Source of the DNA: an uncultured virus (IMG/VR IMGVR_UViG_3300035698_005334)
Lineage: Duplodnaviria; Heunggongvirae; Uroviricota; Caudoviricetes
IMG/VR virus record: IMGVR_UViG_3300035698_005334
Direction: 5' to 3' (one strand)
Length of the DNA: 64,000 nucleotides
In this document: piece by piece, positions 34,680 through 44,642 of the stretch
How the letters are laid out: every line of letters begins with the position of its first letter
Numbering within the stretch: position 1 is the first letter of the stretch
Position numbers and translations under genes: made by a program
The notes under the pieces: model-generated
Database searches by the model: none
What the model saw: only the letters and a program-made list of their open reading frames with translations
What the model was told of the DNA's origin: nothing

Positions 34680-35101
34680 TGGAAAAGAGAACCTTAATCA
34701 TCGCGCCTGACGGCACCGAGATGGTGTTCGACGGCGCACTGCCGACCTACGGGCAGCAGAAAGAAACCGTGGGTGGCTGGATTGAAATAGTCCGCGTGCT
34801 GCGCCAGGACATCACCGACAGCAACGTCTACACGCTCATGATCGTCAACGACGAAGGACGCATAAGCGGTCTCCCGAGAAACCAGAAGGCGACGGACCTA
34901 TACCTCGCAAATGTGCGCCGTCAGTACCCCGACGCGGAGAACCCGAGCGTAGCGGCAAATAACGCCTTTATGGCTAGATGCAAGGAGAGAGGCGTTCCCG
35001 TCATCAACCTTAATGCCCCAGCCGTTGACCCGAACATCTGTGGCACAGTCATCTATTTCGAGGGATGGACGGAAAGCGAATTAGTCGAGGCGGGCTTATG
35101 A
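34679..35101 (+). CDS. DUF3846-like protein
   Basis: QKETVGGWIEIV...MIVNDEGR..LPRNQKAT...ICGTVI. Confidence 0.7.
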   Translation: MEKRTLIIAPDGTEMVFDGALPTYGQQKETVGGWIEIVRVLRQDITDSNVYTLMIVNDEGRISGLPRNQKATDLYLANVRRQYPDAENPSVAANNAFMARCKERGVPVINLNAPAVDPNICGTVIYFEGWTESELVEAGL

Positions 35102-35309
35102 AGTCGCTCAATCAATCCACCCTGCCGACGCGCCGCGACTTCTGGCGCAATGGGTTTGTCTTGGGGCTGCTAACGGCGTTTGGCGTAAGCACCGTCACCG
35201 TCGTCGTTCTAAAACTACTCAACCTCACGGAAGGATTCTGAACTATGGAACCCATTATCTTAATAATATCAATTGTTGGCGTAATACTTTGGCTTGCGGA
35301 GTCGGCGTC

Positions 35310-35594
35310 ATGAACGAGAGAACCCGCCAAGACGTCCGCGACGAATGCGAACCCCTCATCGCCCAGGCCGAAAGGGATGGGATGTGGCTGTGGTGCCATT
35401 ATCAAAGTATCTGGTTTACGCCCGCCGATTTGAGGGCACAGCAGGCCAACCAGAAATTCCTTTGGTCCGTCGATCAATTCCACCTCCGCTCGCCGGACGA
35501 GTACATCGAGCAGTATGAAGAGAAGGTCGCCACGGCAGATGAATTGCTCAAGCGTGCGCGCGACAAATTCAACGCTTGGAATGCGGGCCGATGA
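35310..35594 (+). CDS. Hypothetical protein
   Basis: MNERT...YQSIWFTPADLR. Confidence 0.6.
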   Translation: MNERTRQDVRDECEPLIAQAERDGMWLWCHYQSIWFTPADLRAQQANQKFLWSVDQFHLRSPDEYIEQYEEKVATADELLKRARDKFNAWNAGR

Positions 35595-35788
35595 CCAAGG
35601 CGAAGTACCAGAAGGGCGAGGTAATCCGCGACATCGGGTATCTCGCCCAACTCCTCGAAGAAGGGGAGTGCGTCTATCAGCGCGATAAGGTGCAAAATCG
35701 AGGCTGGATACAGAACCAGCAATTTGGGTATGTGGTTATGCAATGTAAATCGGGATTTATTCGCCGTGCCATTCGAACAGACTCGTGA
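35591..35788 (+). CDS. Hypothetical protein
   Basis: Coupled ORF MTKAKYQKGE. Confidence 0.55.
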   Translation: MTKAKYQKGEVIRDIGYLAQLLEEGECVYQRDKVQNRGWIQNQQFGYVVMQCKSGFIRRAIRTDS

Positions 35789-36161
35789 CGTTTCAAAGCC
35801 GGAACCGGGCCATTTCATGATTCGCCGTGTGAAGGGCGGGCCGCTGGTTCCGGCATTGATCTATAGAGAGTGCCCTATGCTTCATCCCTCAGAGCCGGGA
35901 GACTTCTATCCCGACGTTGAGGAATGGTGCAGACCAGCGCGCCCAGAGTTTTGTCGCCTCGCGGCGTCAATCAACGGTAAGGCCGTAAGCCTCGAACAAG
36001 TGTGGACGCATGGAAGGTTCTGCACCCCGGAGGAATGGCGCTACCAAGTCACCCTCGCGGAGTGGGCCCGGAAGTACGCGCCGCACGAGCCCCAGGCCAA
36101 CCCGTTTCGTGCTATCGATCTAAACGACATGCCACCCATTTTCAGAAGGAGCAAAACATGA
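35724..36161 (+). CDS. Hypothetical protein
   Basis: PEPGHFMIRRVKGGPLVPALI...PQANPFRAIDL; start uncertain. Confidence 0.6.
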   Translation: MGMWLCNVNRDLFAVPFEQTRDVSKPEPGHFMIRRVKGGPLVPALIYRECPMLHPSEPGDFYPDVEEWCRPARPEFCRLAASINGKAVSLEQVWTHGRFCTPEEWRYQVTLAEWARKYAPHEPQANPFRAIDLNDMPPIFRRSKT

Positions 36162-37225
36162 CCGACCAAACAGCCGTCGACGAACTAGGAAGCAAACACA
36201 ACGAGCCACCGTCAGATCAAGTGATCCTCGAAAACAAGATAGCCGAGGATCATCACGCCCTCGTGACACGTAAGAACCAGCTTCTCACGGCCGCACGAGA
36301 AGTGCCCAAGGAGATCGGCGTCGATGACGAGGACTTGAGTAAAGACGTCACCGACCAAATCAGGCAACTCAGGGACCACCGCATCAAAGTGGGCAAGGTG
36401 CGCGTGGACGTGAAAGAGCCTTTCCTTATGGGTACTCGTGTCGTCGACGGTTTTTTCAAAGGGATCGTCGATCCTATTGAGAACGCGGAGAAAGCCTTGA
36501 ACGGCAGGCTCACCAAATACCAGCGGGCCGTCGCGGCGAAGGTCGAAGAGGAGAGGCTCGCCGAGCAGCGCAAGGCCGAGGAGGAGGCGCGGAAATTGCG
36601 CGTGAGGGCCGAGGAAGCAGAGCTTGCCCTGCTCGAAGCCAAGCGTGTGGCGGAGGAGGAGCGTCTAAAGCGTGAAGCCGCCGAGAAGAAGGCCGAAGAC
36701 GACCGCATCGAAGCCGAGCGCCTTCGTGAAAATGCCCGTATCCGCGACGAGGAAGCCGCGAAGAAGGCACGGGAGGATGGCGAAGAGGCGGCAATGCCAG
36801 CACCCCAACCGCTCCCACCGCAACGCCGTGCCCCACCGCCAGCGCCAATCCGGCGCACAGAGTCCGCGGTAGATGAAACCGTTGCGGCGGCAGCGGCAGC
36901 AGTCGAAGTGACCCGCAAGCACGCCGCTGCCGCCCAGGGCGATGTCGTCCGCGCGACGGCATCAGCCCAAGCCAGGGCCGCTGACATGTCCCGGCAGCGC
37001 ACCGACCGGGGAGCAGTGGCGAGCCTGTCGTCCAAATGGATCCACGATGAAGCAAGCCTCAACCGCGAGACCATCGACCTCGAAGCCTTGCGCCAGCACC
37101 TTGGCGAAGAGGCGCTCAACAAAGCCGTGCGCTCGTGGATCAAAGCCCAGGATACCGCGACACTCAAAGGGGACTCACTCACTGGTGTCTTCATTTTCGT
37201 CGATACCAAAACCCGCGTTCGTTAG
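36158..37225 (+). CDS. Coiled-coil protein of the recombination module
   Basis: RBS AAGGAG; GSKHNEPP N-terminus, KEPFL...VDGFF, long E/A/R coiled coil. Confidence 0.75.
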   Translation: MTDQTAVDELGSKHNEPPSDQVILENKIAEDHHALVTRKNQLLTAAREVPKEIGVDDEDLSKDVTDQIRQLRDHRIKVGKVRVDVKEPFLMGTRVVDGFFKGIVDPIENAEKALNGRLTKYQRAVAAKVEEERLAEQRKAEEEARKLRVRAEEAELALLEAKRVAEEERLKREAAEKKAEDDRIEAERLRENARIRDEEAAKKAREDGEEAAMPAPQPLPPQRRAPPPAPIRRTESAVDETVAAAAAAVEVTRKHAAAAQGDVVRATASAQARAADMSRQRTDRGAVASLSSKWIHDEASLNRETIDLEALRQHLGEEALNKAVRSWIKAQDTATLKGDSLTGVFIFVDTKTRVR

Positions 37226-37238
37226 GAGAACCAAAACC

Positions 37239-37532
37239 ATGACACACAAGACATTCCCGCTCGCCGGACTGAAACACCGGCCTAAAGCCGATCAGGACGT
37301 TTTCGACAAGCTCCCTGATCTTGGAAACCTCCACATCGTTCCCGAACCAACCAACGAATTCGACAAGGGCGCGTTGAAAATAATGTGCGATGGGGACTGC
37401 CACGTTGGGTACATCCCTCAAACTCAGCACGAAGTTCGCAAACGGTACGCCGAGGGCGGCGTTAAGCGCGTCGTCAAGAAATACGGCGGCATGGTGTCGG
37501 CGATCTTTGATGAAGAAGGAGAAGCTAAATGA
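37239..37532 (+). CDS. HIRAN-domain protein
   Basis: FPLAGLKHR...VPEPTNEFDKGALKI...HVGYIP. Confidence 0.8.
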   Translation: MTHKTFPLAGLKHRPKADQDVFDKLPDLGNLHIVPEPTNEFDKGALKIMCDGDCHVGYIPQTQHEVRKRYAEGGVKRVVKKYGGMVSAIFDEEGEAK

Positions 37533-38860
37533 GTGCCGACAACCCAAGAACGGAAGTGGATCTAGCCACCCGCATCGAGGAGCGGATCGACAAGGAACAG
37601 CTTGGCGGGATCGGACTGGCGGGAGGCAATGGCGCGCTGTCTCTGGTTCCGAAAGACATGAACGATTTGTTGGAATTCTCGAAGGCGATGGCGTTGGCAG
37701 GTACCGCGCTTCGGAAGGATTTCCGCAACAAGCCGGGTACCTGCTTGGCGCTCACACTTCAGGCGCTTCGCTGGGGGATGGATCCGTTCGCGGTTGCAAG
37801 CAAAGCTTATGTCGTCAACGATCAAGTTGCTATGGAAGGGCAGCTTGTTCACGCTGTCGTCAACACCCGCGCGCCACTGCAAAAGAGGCTTCGCCCCACG
37901 TATACCGGCAAGGACGAGACCCGGCAGTGTACGGTATCCGGGCTTCTAATCGGAGAGACTGAGGTCTCAGATTACACGTCCCCGGAAAAGGGCAAGATCA
38001 AGCCGCAGAATAGCCCGCTTTGGAAGAATGACCCGGACCAACAGTTGTTCTATTTCTCAGTCCGCTCATGGGCCCGACGCTGGGTTCCCGAGGTATTGAT
38101 GGGGGTCTACACCGACGAGGAACTATCGGTCCCCCAAACGCCTGCCGGACCCGACGACGCCCGCGACATCACACCGGCCCGGCCCGTCCGTCAACAGAAA
38201 GTCGAGCCGGAGAAGACCGAGCCCGACTTCGACTTCGACTTCGTGGATAAATTCGGCGTCATCGATGAAACGTACCACACGCCTGAATCCTATCTCAGCA
38301 GGGTCAAGGTTGAGATCGAGACCTGCAAGGAGCACGGCCAAATAACCGCCGTCTTCGAGCACAACAACGATGTGCTGTCCGAAGCCTGCAAGGTGGCTAC
38401 CGACCGGGAGGTCTTGCAGCTTTATGGCCCCATCGAGCGAGCCTACGAGAAGGCGCAGAAAGCAGGCATCGCGTCGGACGAGGCGCGGCAGCGGGCTAGG
38501 GATTCGGCGAAGGAAGCGGACGAGCCCATCGCTCCCCCGGAAGATGAGGAAGCACCGCCAGCAGAAGAGGGTGACTACGGCACGGCGGCAGAGGAAGAAC
38601 AGGGCGGGGCAGTCGAACCGGAGCCGGAGCGCGAGGAGAAGGACTGGTTTATCTCGGTCCCGCAAATGGCGAGCGGCGGCGGGAATTGGATGGGCTACTA
38701 CGGCCTTTTGATCGAACAGGCCGACAACGCGCAGTCGGATCAGGACATCGACGACATCCTCCAACAGAACAGTACAGGTCTCGTGGAGATGCGTTCGAAG
38801 TCGAAGACGACGCACGGCCAGCTTATCAAGGCCATCGAAGGGAAGAAGGGAAACTACTGA
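37529..38860 (+). CDS. recT: RecT-like single-strand annealing recombinase
   Basis: QALRWGMDPFAVA, NSPLWKNDPDQQL.Y...WARRW.PEVLMGVYT.EE. Confidence 0.85.
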   Translation: MSADNPRTEVDLATRIEERIDKEQLGGIGLAGGNGALSLVPKDMNDLLEFSKAMALAGTALRKDFRNKPGTCLALTLQALRWGMDPFAVASKAYVVNDQVAMEGQLVHAVVNTRAPLQKRLRPTYTGKDETRQCTVSGLLIGETEVSDYTSPEKGKIKPQNSPLWKNDPDQQLFYFSVRSWARRWVPEVLMGVYTDEELSVPQTPAGPDDARDITPARPVRQQKVEPEKTEPDFDFDFVDKFGVIDETYHTPESYLSRVKVEIETCKEHGQITAVFEHNNDVLSEACKVATDREVLQLYGPIERAYEKAQKAGIASDEARQRARDSAKEADEPIAPPEDEEAPPAEEGDYGTAAEEEQGGAVEPEPEREEKDWFISVPQMASGGGNWMGYYGLLIEQADNAQSDQDIDDILQQNSTGLVEMRSKSKTTHGQLIKAIEGKKGNY

Positions 38861-38875
38861 CCTTCAGAAATACCG

Positions 38876-38918
38876 CACCCTCGCCCCGATACGGTTCGCC
38901 CTGTCGGGGTTGAGGGCG
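38876..38918 (+). other. GC-rich stem-loop after recT
   Basis: CCCTCGCCCCGATA...TGTCGGGGTTGAGGG pairing. Confidence 0.55.
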
Positions 38919-38934
38919 TGAAAGGGGAATTATC

Positions 38935-40101
38935 ATGCGGGAAAAGATAAAATCTGCATCCAGGCAGAGCCGGAGGGCCAAGGTACTCGAAGCGAAATCG
39001 ATAAGCGCCACCAACAGAACCCCGACTACGGGAGGATTGGACGTTGAGGAAGTAAAGTCCCGGTTTTCCTCAATGAAGAACAACGACCCTCAAGCTTCCA
39101 AGATGAGACTGATAGGAGAAGAGGAAACGGTCGATCTGTCCAAGCATAAGGAATTCAAGGTCGTCAAAAAACCTCCGTGGGTAAAGAGTAATTGGTACAA
39201 GGAACTCACCCCGAAGGAGCAGGAATCAATACTTGCTCTAAGCGCCTACGGGGGGAAAACCTCGAAACGGCTTGTTGACGGGTATATCGAGCTTTGCGAG
39301 TGGCTGGATGCTGATTTGGTATTGCAGCGCGCGCCTAACAGCCAATTCCACGACCTCATCGACGCGGCTGAAAACGACAGAATGCTTACCCGAGGAGAGC
39401 GGGGAAAAGCTGGACTCCGCAACCTTCCGTCTCGACTTTCGAACGATCAGATATTTGTCATCCAACACGACTGGGTTGATTTTGTGAAGAGTATCCCCGG
39501 AACGGATGGCGGGGCGATGGATGGACTAAGGCACGAACCAGACGGTTCCTATTTCGCAGACGCCTCTATTCCAGACATGCCTTATGAGAGATGCGTCTTT
39601 GAATTCCAACTGAGCGGGAAGCGTTGCTTGGTTCGAATGAAAGCCCAAACACTCGGCGAGCCAGAAACGGGCGAGGGAATATATGTACGGCTATCTGAGG
39701 GGTGGTTTGACATGAGTACGCTCGACAAAGGCCAGCACCTCAATCTGATGCGTCCGCTTCTGAGAATGACGACCGACCACATCGTGGCTATCAGCATCAT
39801 GCTCGACTCCGAAGTGGGGGAGTCCGAAGTGGTCAGATCTCAGCACAAGCTTAATTCTCGCCGGGAGAAGCTGAACAAGGCGGCGATCCGCGACTACCAC
39901 GTCGTAGACCTCTCCAAACGGAAACGCTACACGGCCCTTCCCGACGAAATGCAGTCCGACGATGAACCGGAGCACGGCAAGGTTCGCCTGCATTGGCGGC
40001 GGGGGCACTGGCGGCACTTCTCAAAACACAAGACGTGGATCAATTGGATGCTCGTCGGCAACCCGGACCTAGGGTTCATCGATAAGGAGTACAGGCTTTG
40101 A
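38935..40101 (+). CDS. Conserved phage hypothetical protein (HWRRGHWR family)
   Basis: C-terminal VRLHWRRGHWRHF...VGNPDLG. Confidence 0.7.
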   Translation: MREKIKSASRQSRRAKVLEAKSISATNRTPTTGGLDVEEVKSRFSSMKNNDPQASKMRLIGEEETVDLSKHKEFKVVKKPPWVKSNWYKELTPKEQESILALSAYGGKTSKRLVDGYIELCEWLDADLVLQRAPNSQFHDLIDAAENDRMLTRGERGKAGLRNLPSRLSNDQIFVIQHDWVDFVKSIPGTDGGAMDGLRHEPDGSYFADASIPDMPYERCVFEFQLSGKRCLVRMKAQTLGEPETGEGIYVRLSEGWFDMSTLDKGQHLNLMRPLLRMTTDHIVAISIMLDSEVGESEVVRSQHKLNSRREKLNKAAIRDYHVVDLSKRKRYTALPDEMQSDDEPEHGKVRLHWRRGHWRHFSKHKTWINWMLVGNPDLGFIDKEYRL

Positions 40102-40439
40102 CGAACACCAAGACGCACGCGCAGATCCGTCTCTTGGAACGGTTCGGGATCGACGCAACCGGCTCAGACATGGCGGACCTACTCGAAACGACCAAAAGTA
40201 TCGGTGTCCCTGTCCGGCGGCAGTTAGACAAGTTCGACGGCAGGGTTTTCTTGGTCAAGTGGCGCGGGAAGATGATGCGAATCGTTCTTCGAGAGGAGGA
40301 CAACTTCATCATCTCGGTCATGACGCCGACCATCGATAAATCCCACAAGAGGAACTTTCCAAAGAAACGGGGAAAACCCGTTCGCTCCAATGAAAAATAC
40401 TCGCGTAAATCCAAGCACACCGGGGAATTTAATGCCTGA
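40098..40439 (+). CDS. Hypothetical protein, possibly a RelE-like fold
   Basis: THAQIRLLERFG...FIISVM. Confidence 0.5.
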   Translation: MTNTKTHAQIRLLERFGIDATGSDMADLLETTKSIGVPVRRQLDKFDGRVFLVKWRGKMMRIVLREEDNFIISVMTPTIDKSHKRNFPKKRGKPVRSNEKYSRKSKHTGEFNA

Positions 40440-42936
40440 AGAACTGAGGGTGATGCCTCACAACATCGAAGTAGAAGCCGCCTTGATTGGCGCGATACTG
40501 TCTCAGAACCGCGTTTTTACCCATGTTTCAGATTTCCTCGAACCCGAACATTTCTTCGAGCCCGCATACGGCTGGCTCTACATGACGATGGCCGGTTGGA
40601 TAGACGGGGGGAAGAAGGTCTCGCCGGTCACGATCAGGCATTTGATCGATGGCAATGCGATGTTTGCCCAAGTTGGCGACGATAGCTACGCCGGAAACGA
40701 AGGCCAGATCCTATATGAACTCGCTACCGGCACTGTAAGCGTGCTCAACGCGCGTGATTACGGACAGACCATTCATGCCCTACATCAGGATCGTGTCGCT
40801 CTGGGCATATATGAGGACGCCGCGAACGAGATCTACGAGGGCACCGCCCATGATGGATCCAGCAGCAGAGTAGAAGATGTCATCGATGGCCTGTCCGCGC
40901 TTGTCGAAACCGACAGCGATGGGGGTGGTCTAAGGCACATCGCGGACATCGCCGAGGAGGCGGTACTCGAAATCGATAAGGACATGAGGGGTGAATCGCC
41001 CGTCGGCGTGTCCACCGGGATAACCGACCTCGACAAGACCATGCCGGGGTTCATGCCGGGAGATCTCACCATCCTTGCGGCTCGTCCAGGCATGGGGAAA
41101 AGCCAAACTCTCGATTGCCTTATTAAAACGCCGGACGGGTGGACAACGATGGGTGACGTCAAGGTCGGGGATCGGTTGGCTTCGCATGACGGTAGGCCCT
41201 CACAGGTGGAGGGCGTATTTGAACGGGGCGAGCGGGAAGTCTTCCGTATCACTTTCTCCGACGGGCGCTCGACACGAGCCTGCGCTGACCATCTTTGGAC
41301 GGTACATAATCGAAAATGGCAGGAGTCGCGAACGATATCCACGCAGCAGATAGGAGACCTACTGCAAAAACCGGGATACCGGAACCGAATATGGGTAGAT
41401 AGGGTAAGCGGTAATTTCGGTCACGAAGAACATCTTCCTGTGGATCCCTGGTTTCTCGGCACCATCATTGGAAACGGGAACCTTACGGATGGGACAGTTC
41501 GGTTTTCCACAAGTGACGCCGAGACACTCTGGCGCGTAACCAAATGCGCCGATGAGTGCGGGATGAAACTCACATTCGCGGGTGCATACGACTACAGGAT
41601 CATCAACAAGGAAGGTAGCCACCAGAAAGGGACGCAAGGCGTCGTTCCAAGCCCTCTAATGGAGAAGTTGAAAAGACTTGGTCTCGCGGAGAAACGATCT
41701 GAGGGGAAGTTTATTCCAGACGTTTATTTGAATGCTGGAAAGGAGTCTCGCCTCGAATTATTGCGGGGATTAATGGATACGGACGGGTGGGTTGAGAAAA
41801 GTGGGTCTCTGCGTTATTCGACATCAAGCGGAAGGCTCGCCGATAACGTTTCCGATCTCGTTAGATCGTTAGGAGGACTTTGTTCAATAAAAATAAAACA
41901 CCCCATTTACACATACAAAGGGGGCAGAAAAAATGGACTGCTCCATTTCCATTGCAACATTAGGCATGTCGACCCTAAATCACTGGTCCGGCTACACCGA
42001 AAGCGAGAGAGGGCTAGGCAGTCGAATTGTCCTCGATTAAATGTCGTCTCTGTGGTTCCAGATGGGAATGACCACACTCGCTGCATTAAAGTGTCTCACC
42101 CTGACGGCCTCTATATCACCGACGATTATATCGTCACGCACAACACGGCGCTCGCGGGGAACATCACAGAATACGCAGCAGCAAATCACGGGCCCGTCGC
42201 CTTCTTCTCGCTCGAAATGAGAGACCTTCAACTGGCACGAAGGCAAATGGCCGCTCTGGCAAGGGTCGACAGCAAGCTTCTGTTCGGCCGAAACGCCCAA
42301 CAGATGTCCATGGATCAGTTCGCGGCAATCCAGGCAACGGTAGAGCGTTGCAGGAACCTTCCGGTCTACATCGACGACACGGCCTATCTCACCGTCGCCG
42401 CCCTGACGGCCAGAGCCAAACGGATGCAGCGGCGGGAAGGCTTGGGTCTGATCGTGGTGGATTACCTTCAACTGGTTCGCGCCACGACCGAGGATCGGCG
42501 CAAGAACAACAAGGTCGCTGAGATCAGCGGGATATCCGCCGCCCTCAAGGCGACAGCTAAGTCGCTCGATGTCCCTGTACTGGCGCTTTCGCAACTGTCC
42601 CGTAACGTCGAATCACGGACGGACAAACGGCCAATGCTTTCAGATTTGAGGGATTCCGGGTCCATCGAGCAGGACGCCGACAACGTCTTGTTCCTTTATC
42701 GCGAGGAATACTATCTCCAAGTGGCCCTTCGGGGTCACAACCCAGGAACGACCGCATACGCCAACGCGAAAGACCGCTTGGAGGAGGTCGAAGGGAAAGG
42801 GGAGATTATCCTATCCAAACAACGAAATGGGCCCGTCGGTGTCGTGAATGTGAAATGGGAAGGCGAGTACCAAAGGTTCAGTGATCCCACACCCAACAGG
42901 CATTCCGACGATGAAATAGATACGAGGTTGCTCTGA
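40432..42936 (+). CDS. dnaB: Replicative DnaB helicase containing an intein
   Basis: PHNIEVEAALIG, ILAARPGMGK|T, FFSLEM, VVDYLQL, LSQLSRNVE, RPMLSDLRDSGSIEQDAD, KQRNGPVG. Confidence 0.96.
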   Translation: MPEELRVMPHNIEVEAALIGAILSQNRVFTHVSDFLEPEHFFEPAYGWLYMTMAGWIDGGKKVSPVTIRHLIDGNAMFAQVGDDSYAGNEGQILYELATGTVSVLNARDYGQTIHALHQDRVALGIYEDAANEIYEGTAHDGSSSRVEDVIDGLSALVETDSDGGGLRHIADIAEEAVLEIDKDMRGESPVGVSTGITDLDKTMPGFMPGDLTILAARPGMGKSQTLDCLIKTPDGWTTMGDVKVGDRLASHDGRPSQVEGVFERGEREVFRITFSDGRSTRACADHLWTVHNRKWQESRTISTQQIGDLLQKPGYRNRIWVDRVSGNFGHEEHLPVDPWFLGTIIGNGNLTDGTVRFSTSDAETLWRVTKCADECGMKLTFAGAYDYRIINKEGSHQKGTQGVVPSPLMEKLKRLGLAEKRSEGKFIPDVYLNAGKESRLELLRGLMDTDGWVEKSGSLRYSTSSGRLADNVSDLVRSLGGLCSIKIKHPIYTYKGGRKNGLLHFHCNIRHVDPKSLVRLHRKRERARQSNCPRLNVVSVVPDGNDHTRCIKVSHPDGLYITDDYIVTHNTALAGNITEYAAANHGPVAFFSLEMRDLQLARRQMAALARVDSKLLFGRNAQQMSMDQFAAIQATVERCRNLPVYIDDTAYLTVAALTARAKRMQRREGLGLIVVDYLQLVRATTEDRRKNNKVAEISGISAALKATAKSLDVPVLALSQLSRNVESRTDKRPMLSDLRDSGSIEQDADNVLFLYREEYYLQVALRGHNPGTTAYANAKDRLEEVEGKGEIILSKQRNGPVGVVNVKWEGEYQRFSDPTPNRHSDDEIDTRLL
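41101..42144 (+). mobile_element. Class-3-type intein (348 aa) with LAGLIDADG domain in the DnaB Walker A motif
   Basis: Starts SQTLDCLIKTPDGW; ADHLW (block B Trp), TRCIKV (block F Cys), IVTHN|T (block G Thr); LLRGLMDTDG. Confidence 0.93.
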
Positions 42937-43583
42937 TGACCGAAGAAACACAAAGCCTATACGAAGTCCTTGGGGTCGAACCTGACGCCACTGCCGATGA
43001 AATCAAGGCAGCGCATAGGGATCTGGCGAAAAGATCCCATCCCGACCAAGAGATGGGCGACAACGAGGTGTTCTTGGCAGTTCAGGAAGCCTATGAGGTC
43101 CTGTCGGATCCAGACCGACGGGCCCACTACGATTCGACGGGAACGTTCAGCACAGGATCCGTGGACGAAGGTAAGGCCCTCGTCCTGTCCACTCTCGCAA
43201 TGATGTTCTCAGGATTGCTCGACTCCAAGGGAGCCACATTCTGCCTCACTCACGACCTGAAAGCTGAATTGCTACGATCTATCGAACGGAGCGTTGAGAA
43301 GGCCGGGGAACAGATTGCGGACGCAAAGGGCAAGATCCCGACCCTCATCCAAGTGCGGGAACGTGTGACCCGGAAGGATGATGGTCCGAACCCGTTCTTC
43401 AAGGTGATCGATGACGAGATCAAAGCGATCCACGCCGGAGTCGCCGTTATCGCCGACCGGATCGACCTCCTCGATAAGTGCCAAAAGGAATTGGATAACT
43501 TCGATTGCAAAGGGAACTACACCGGGATCAACGCCGAGCCTCGATACGGGAGTACCCTCATCAGCTCGTGGGTGGGATCATGA
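42936..43583 (+). CDS. J-domain (DnaJ-like) protein
   Basis: LYEVLGV...EIKAAHRDLAKRSHPD...AYEVLSDPDRRAHYD. Confidence 0.9.
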   Translation: MTEETQSLYEVLGVEPDATADEIKAAHRDLAKRSHPDQEMGDNEVFLAVQEAYEVLSDPDRRAHYDSTGTFSTGSVDEGKALVLSTLAMMFSGLLDSKGATFCLTHDLKAELLRSIERSVEKAGEQIADAKGKIPTLIQVRERVTRKDDGPNPFFKVIDDEIKAIHAGVAVIADRIDLLDKCQKELDNFDCKGNYTGINAEPRYGSTLISSWVGS

Positions 43584-44176
43584 CGTCCATGAACCCCAAG
43601 CCCTACAAATGGACGGGCTACACAACGAAGGCCAAAAAAGCGGAGTGCTTCCTGACGCCATGGTGGGCCGTGGACGCAATCCTCAACGTTGAGCTTATGA
43701 CGCGCCGAGTGATCGATCCGTGCTGCGGGGAAGGCATCATGAGCGAGGTCGCGTCAGAACACGGGTACACCGACATAGCTTCCAGCGATAAGTACGACTG
43801 GGGTTTTGGGGAGTGGGGTGTCGATTTTCTTGGGGGTCTCCCCTACAGCGTTCGGGGACACACGATCCTCATGAACCCGCCGTTCTCCCTCGCAACCCAG
43901 TTCATTGAGCGGGCCCGAGAGCTTGGCGCGCGAAAGATTATCTGCTTCCAGCGGTTTGCTTGGTGGGAGAGCCAGGGGAGGGAGGAATTCTGGGCGAACA
44001 ACCGGCCGAACCGGATCCATGTATGTGCAGATCGAGCGTCGTGCAAGCGCATCGATATCTCTCCCGAGGAATGGAAGGGGATGGGGGGAACGTCCACGGC
44101 CCACGCTTGGTTCGTGTGGGAAGAAGGGCAACCGACGGGCCCGATTTTAGGTCGCTTACTGAGAAAGAAGGGATAA
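43580..44176 (+). CDS. DNA amino-methyltransferase (N6-adenine type)
   Basis: TPWWAV, IDPCCGEG (motif I), ILMNPPF (motif IV), HAWFVW. Confidence 0.85.
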   Translation: MTSMNPKPYKWTGYTTKAKKAECFLTPWWAVDAILNVELMTRRVIDPCCGEGIMSEVASEHGYTDIASSDKYDWGFGEWGVDFLGGLPYSVRGHTILMNPPFSLATQFIERARELGARKIICFQRFAWWESQGREEFWANNRPNRIHVCADRASCKRIDISPEEWKGMGGTSTAHAWFVWEEGQPTGPILGRLLRKKG

Positions 44177-44180
44177 TGCG

Positions 44181-44642
44181 ATGAGGGGATATTCAGTGAT
44201 AGCGCTCGATCACCCGCAAAAGTGCGTGAACGTCGGCGGGGTACTGCGAGCGGCCGGAAACTACGATGCGGGATGCGTCGTTTTAGGGTCTGCTCGGTGC
44301 AGCGTTCGTGAGCCTGGGGATACCATGAATGTTTACCGGAATAAGCCGGTCTTGCGCGTCGATGATGTGTTTGACGCATTGCCGTTCGACTGCGTTCCCA
44401 TAGCCGTCGACCTTCTCCCAGGCGCAAGAAAGCTGCACGAGTACACTCACCCAGAAAGGGCCTTCTACATCTTTGGGCCAGAGAACGGGACGCTCGGCGA
44501 AAGGATAACAGATCGATGTCGGGACTCGATTTATGTTCCAACAAAGGGATGCATGAATCTTGCCGCCACAGTCAACGTAATCCTGTACGACAGAGCCGTG
44601 AAACGAGGCGAGTGGCCTCAAACGATGGAGAACGTACGATGA
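44181..44642 (+). CDS. SpoU/TrmH (SPOUT) RNA methyltransferase
   Basis: NVGGVLRAA, FYIFGPENG, CMNLAATVNVILYDR. Confidence 0.9.
   Translation: MRGYSVIALDHPQKCVNVGGVLRAAGNYDAGCVVLGSARCSVREPGDTMNVYRNKPVLRVDDVFDALPFDCVPIAVDLLPGARKLHEYTHPERAFYIFGPENGTLGERITDRCRDSIYVPTKGCMNLAATVNVILYDRAVKRGEWPQTMENVR

Noticed and set aside
30164..38935. tRNA genes in hairpin-rich intergenic gaps
   Set aside because: No cloverleaf with a T-loop GTTCRA and acceptor stem found by eye; tRNAscan-SE would be decisive
40390..40431. Longer DnaB start
   Set aside because: It overlaps the upstream gene, and DnaB similarity begins at MPEELRVMPHN (40432)
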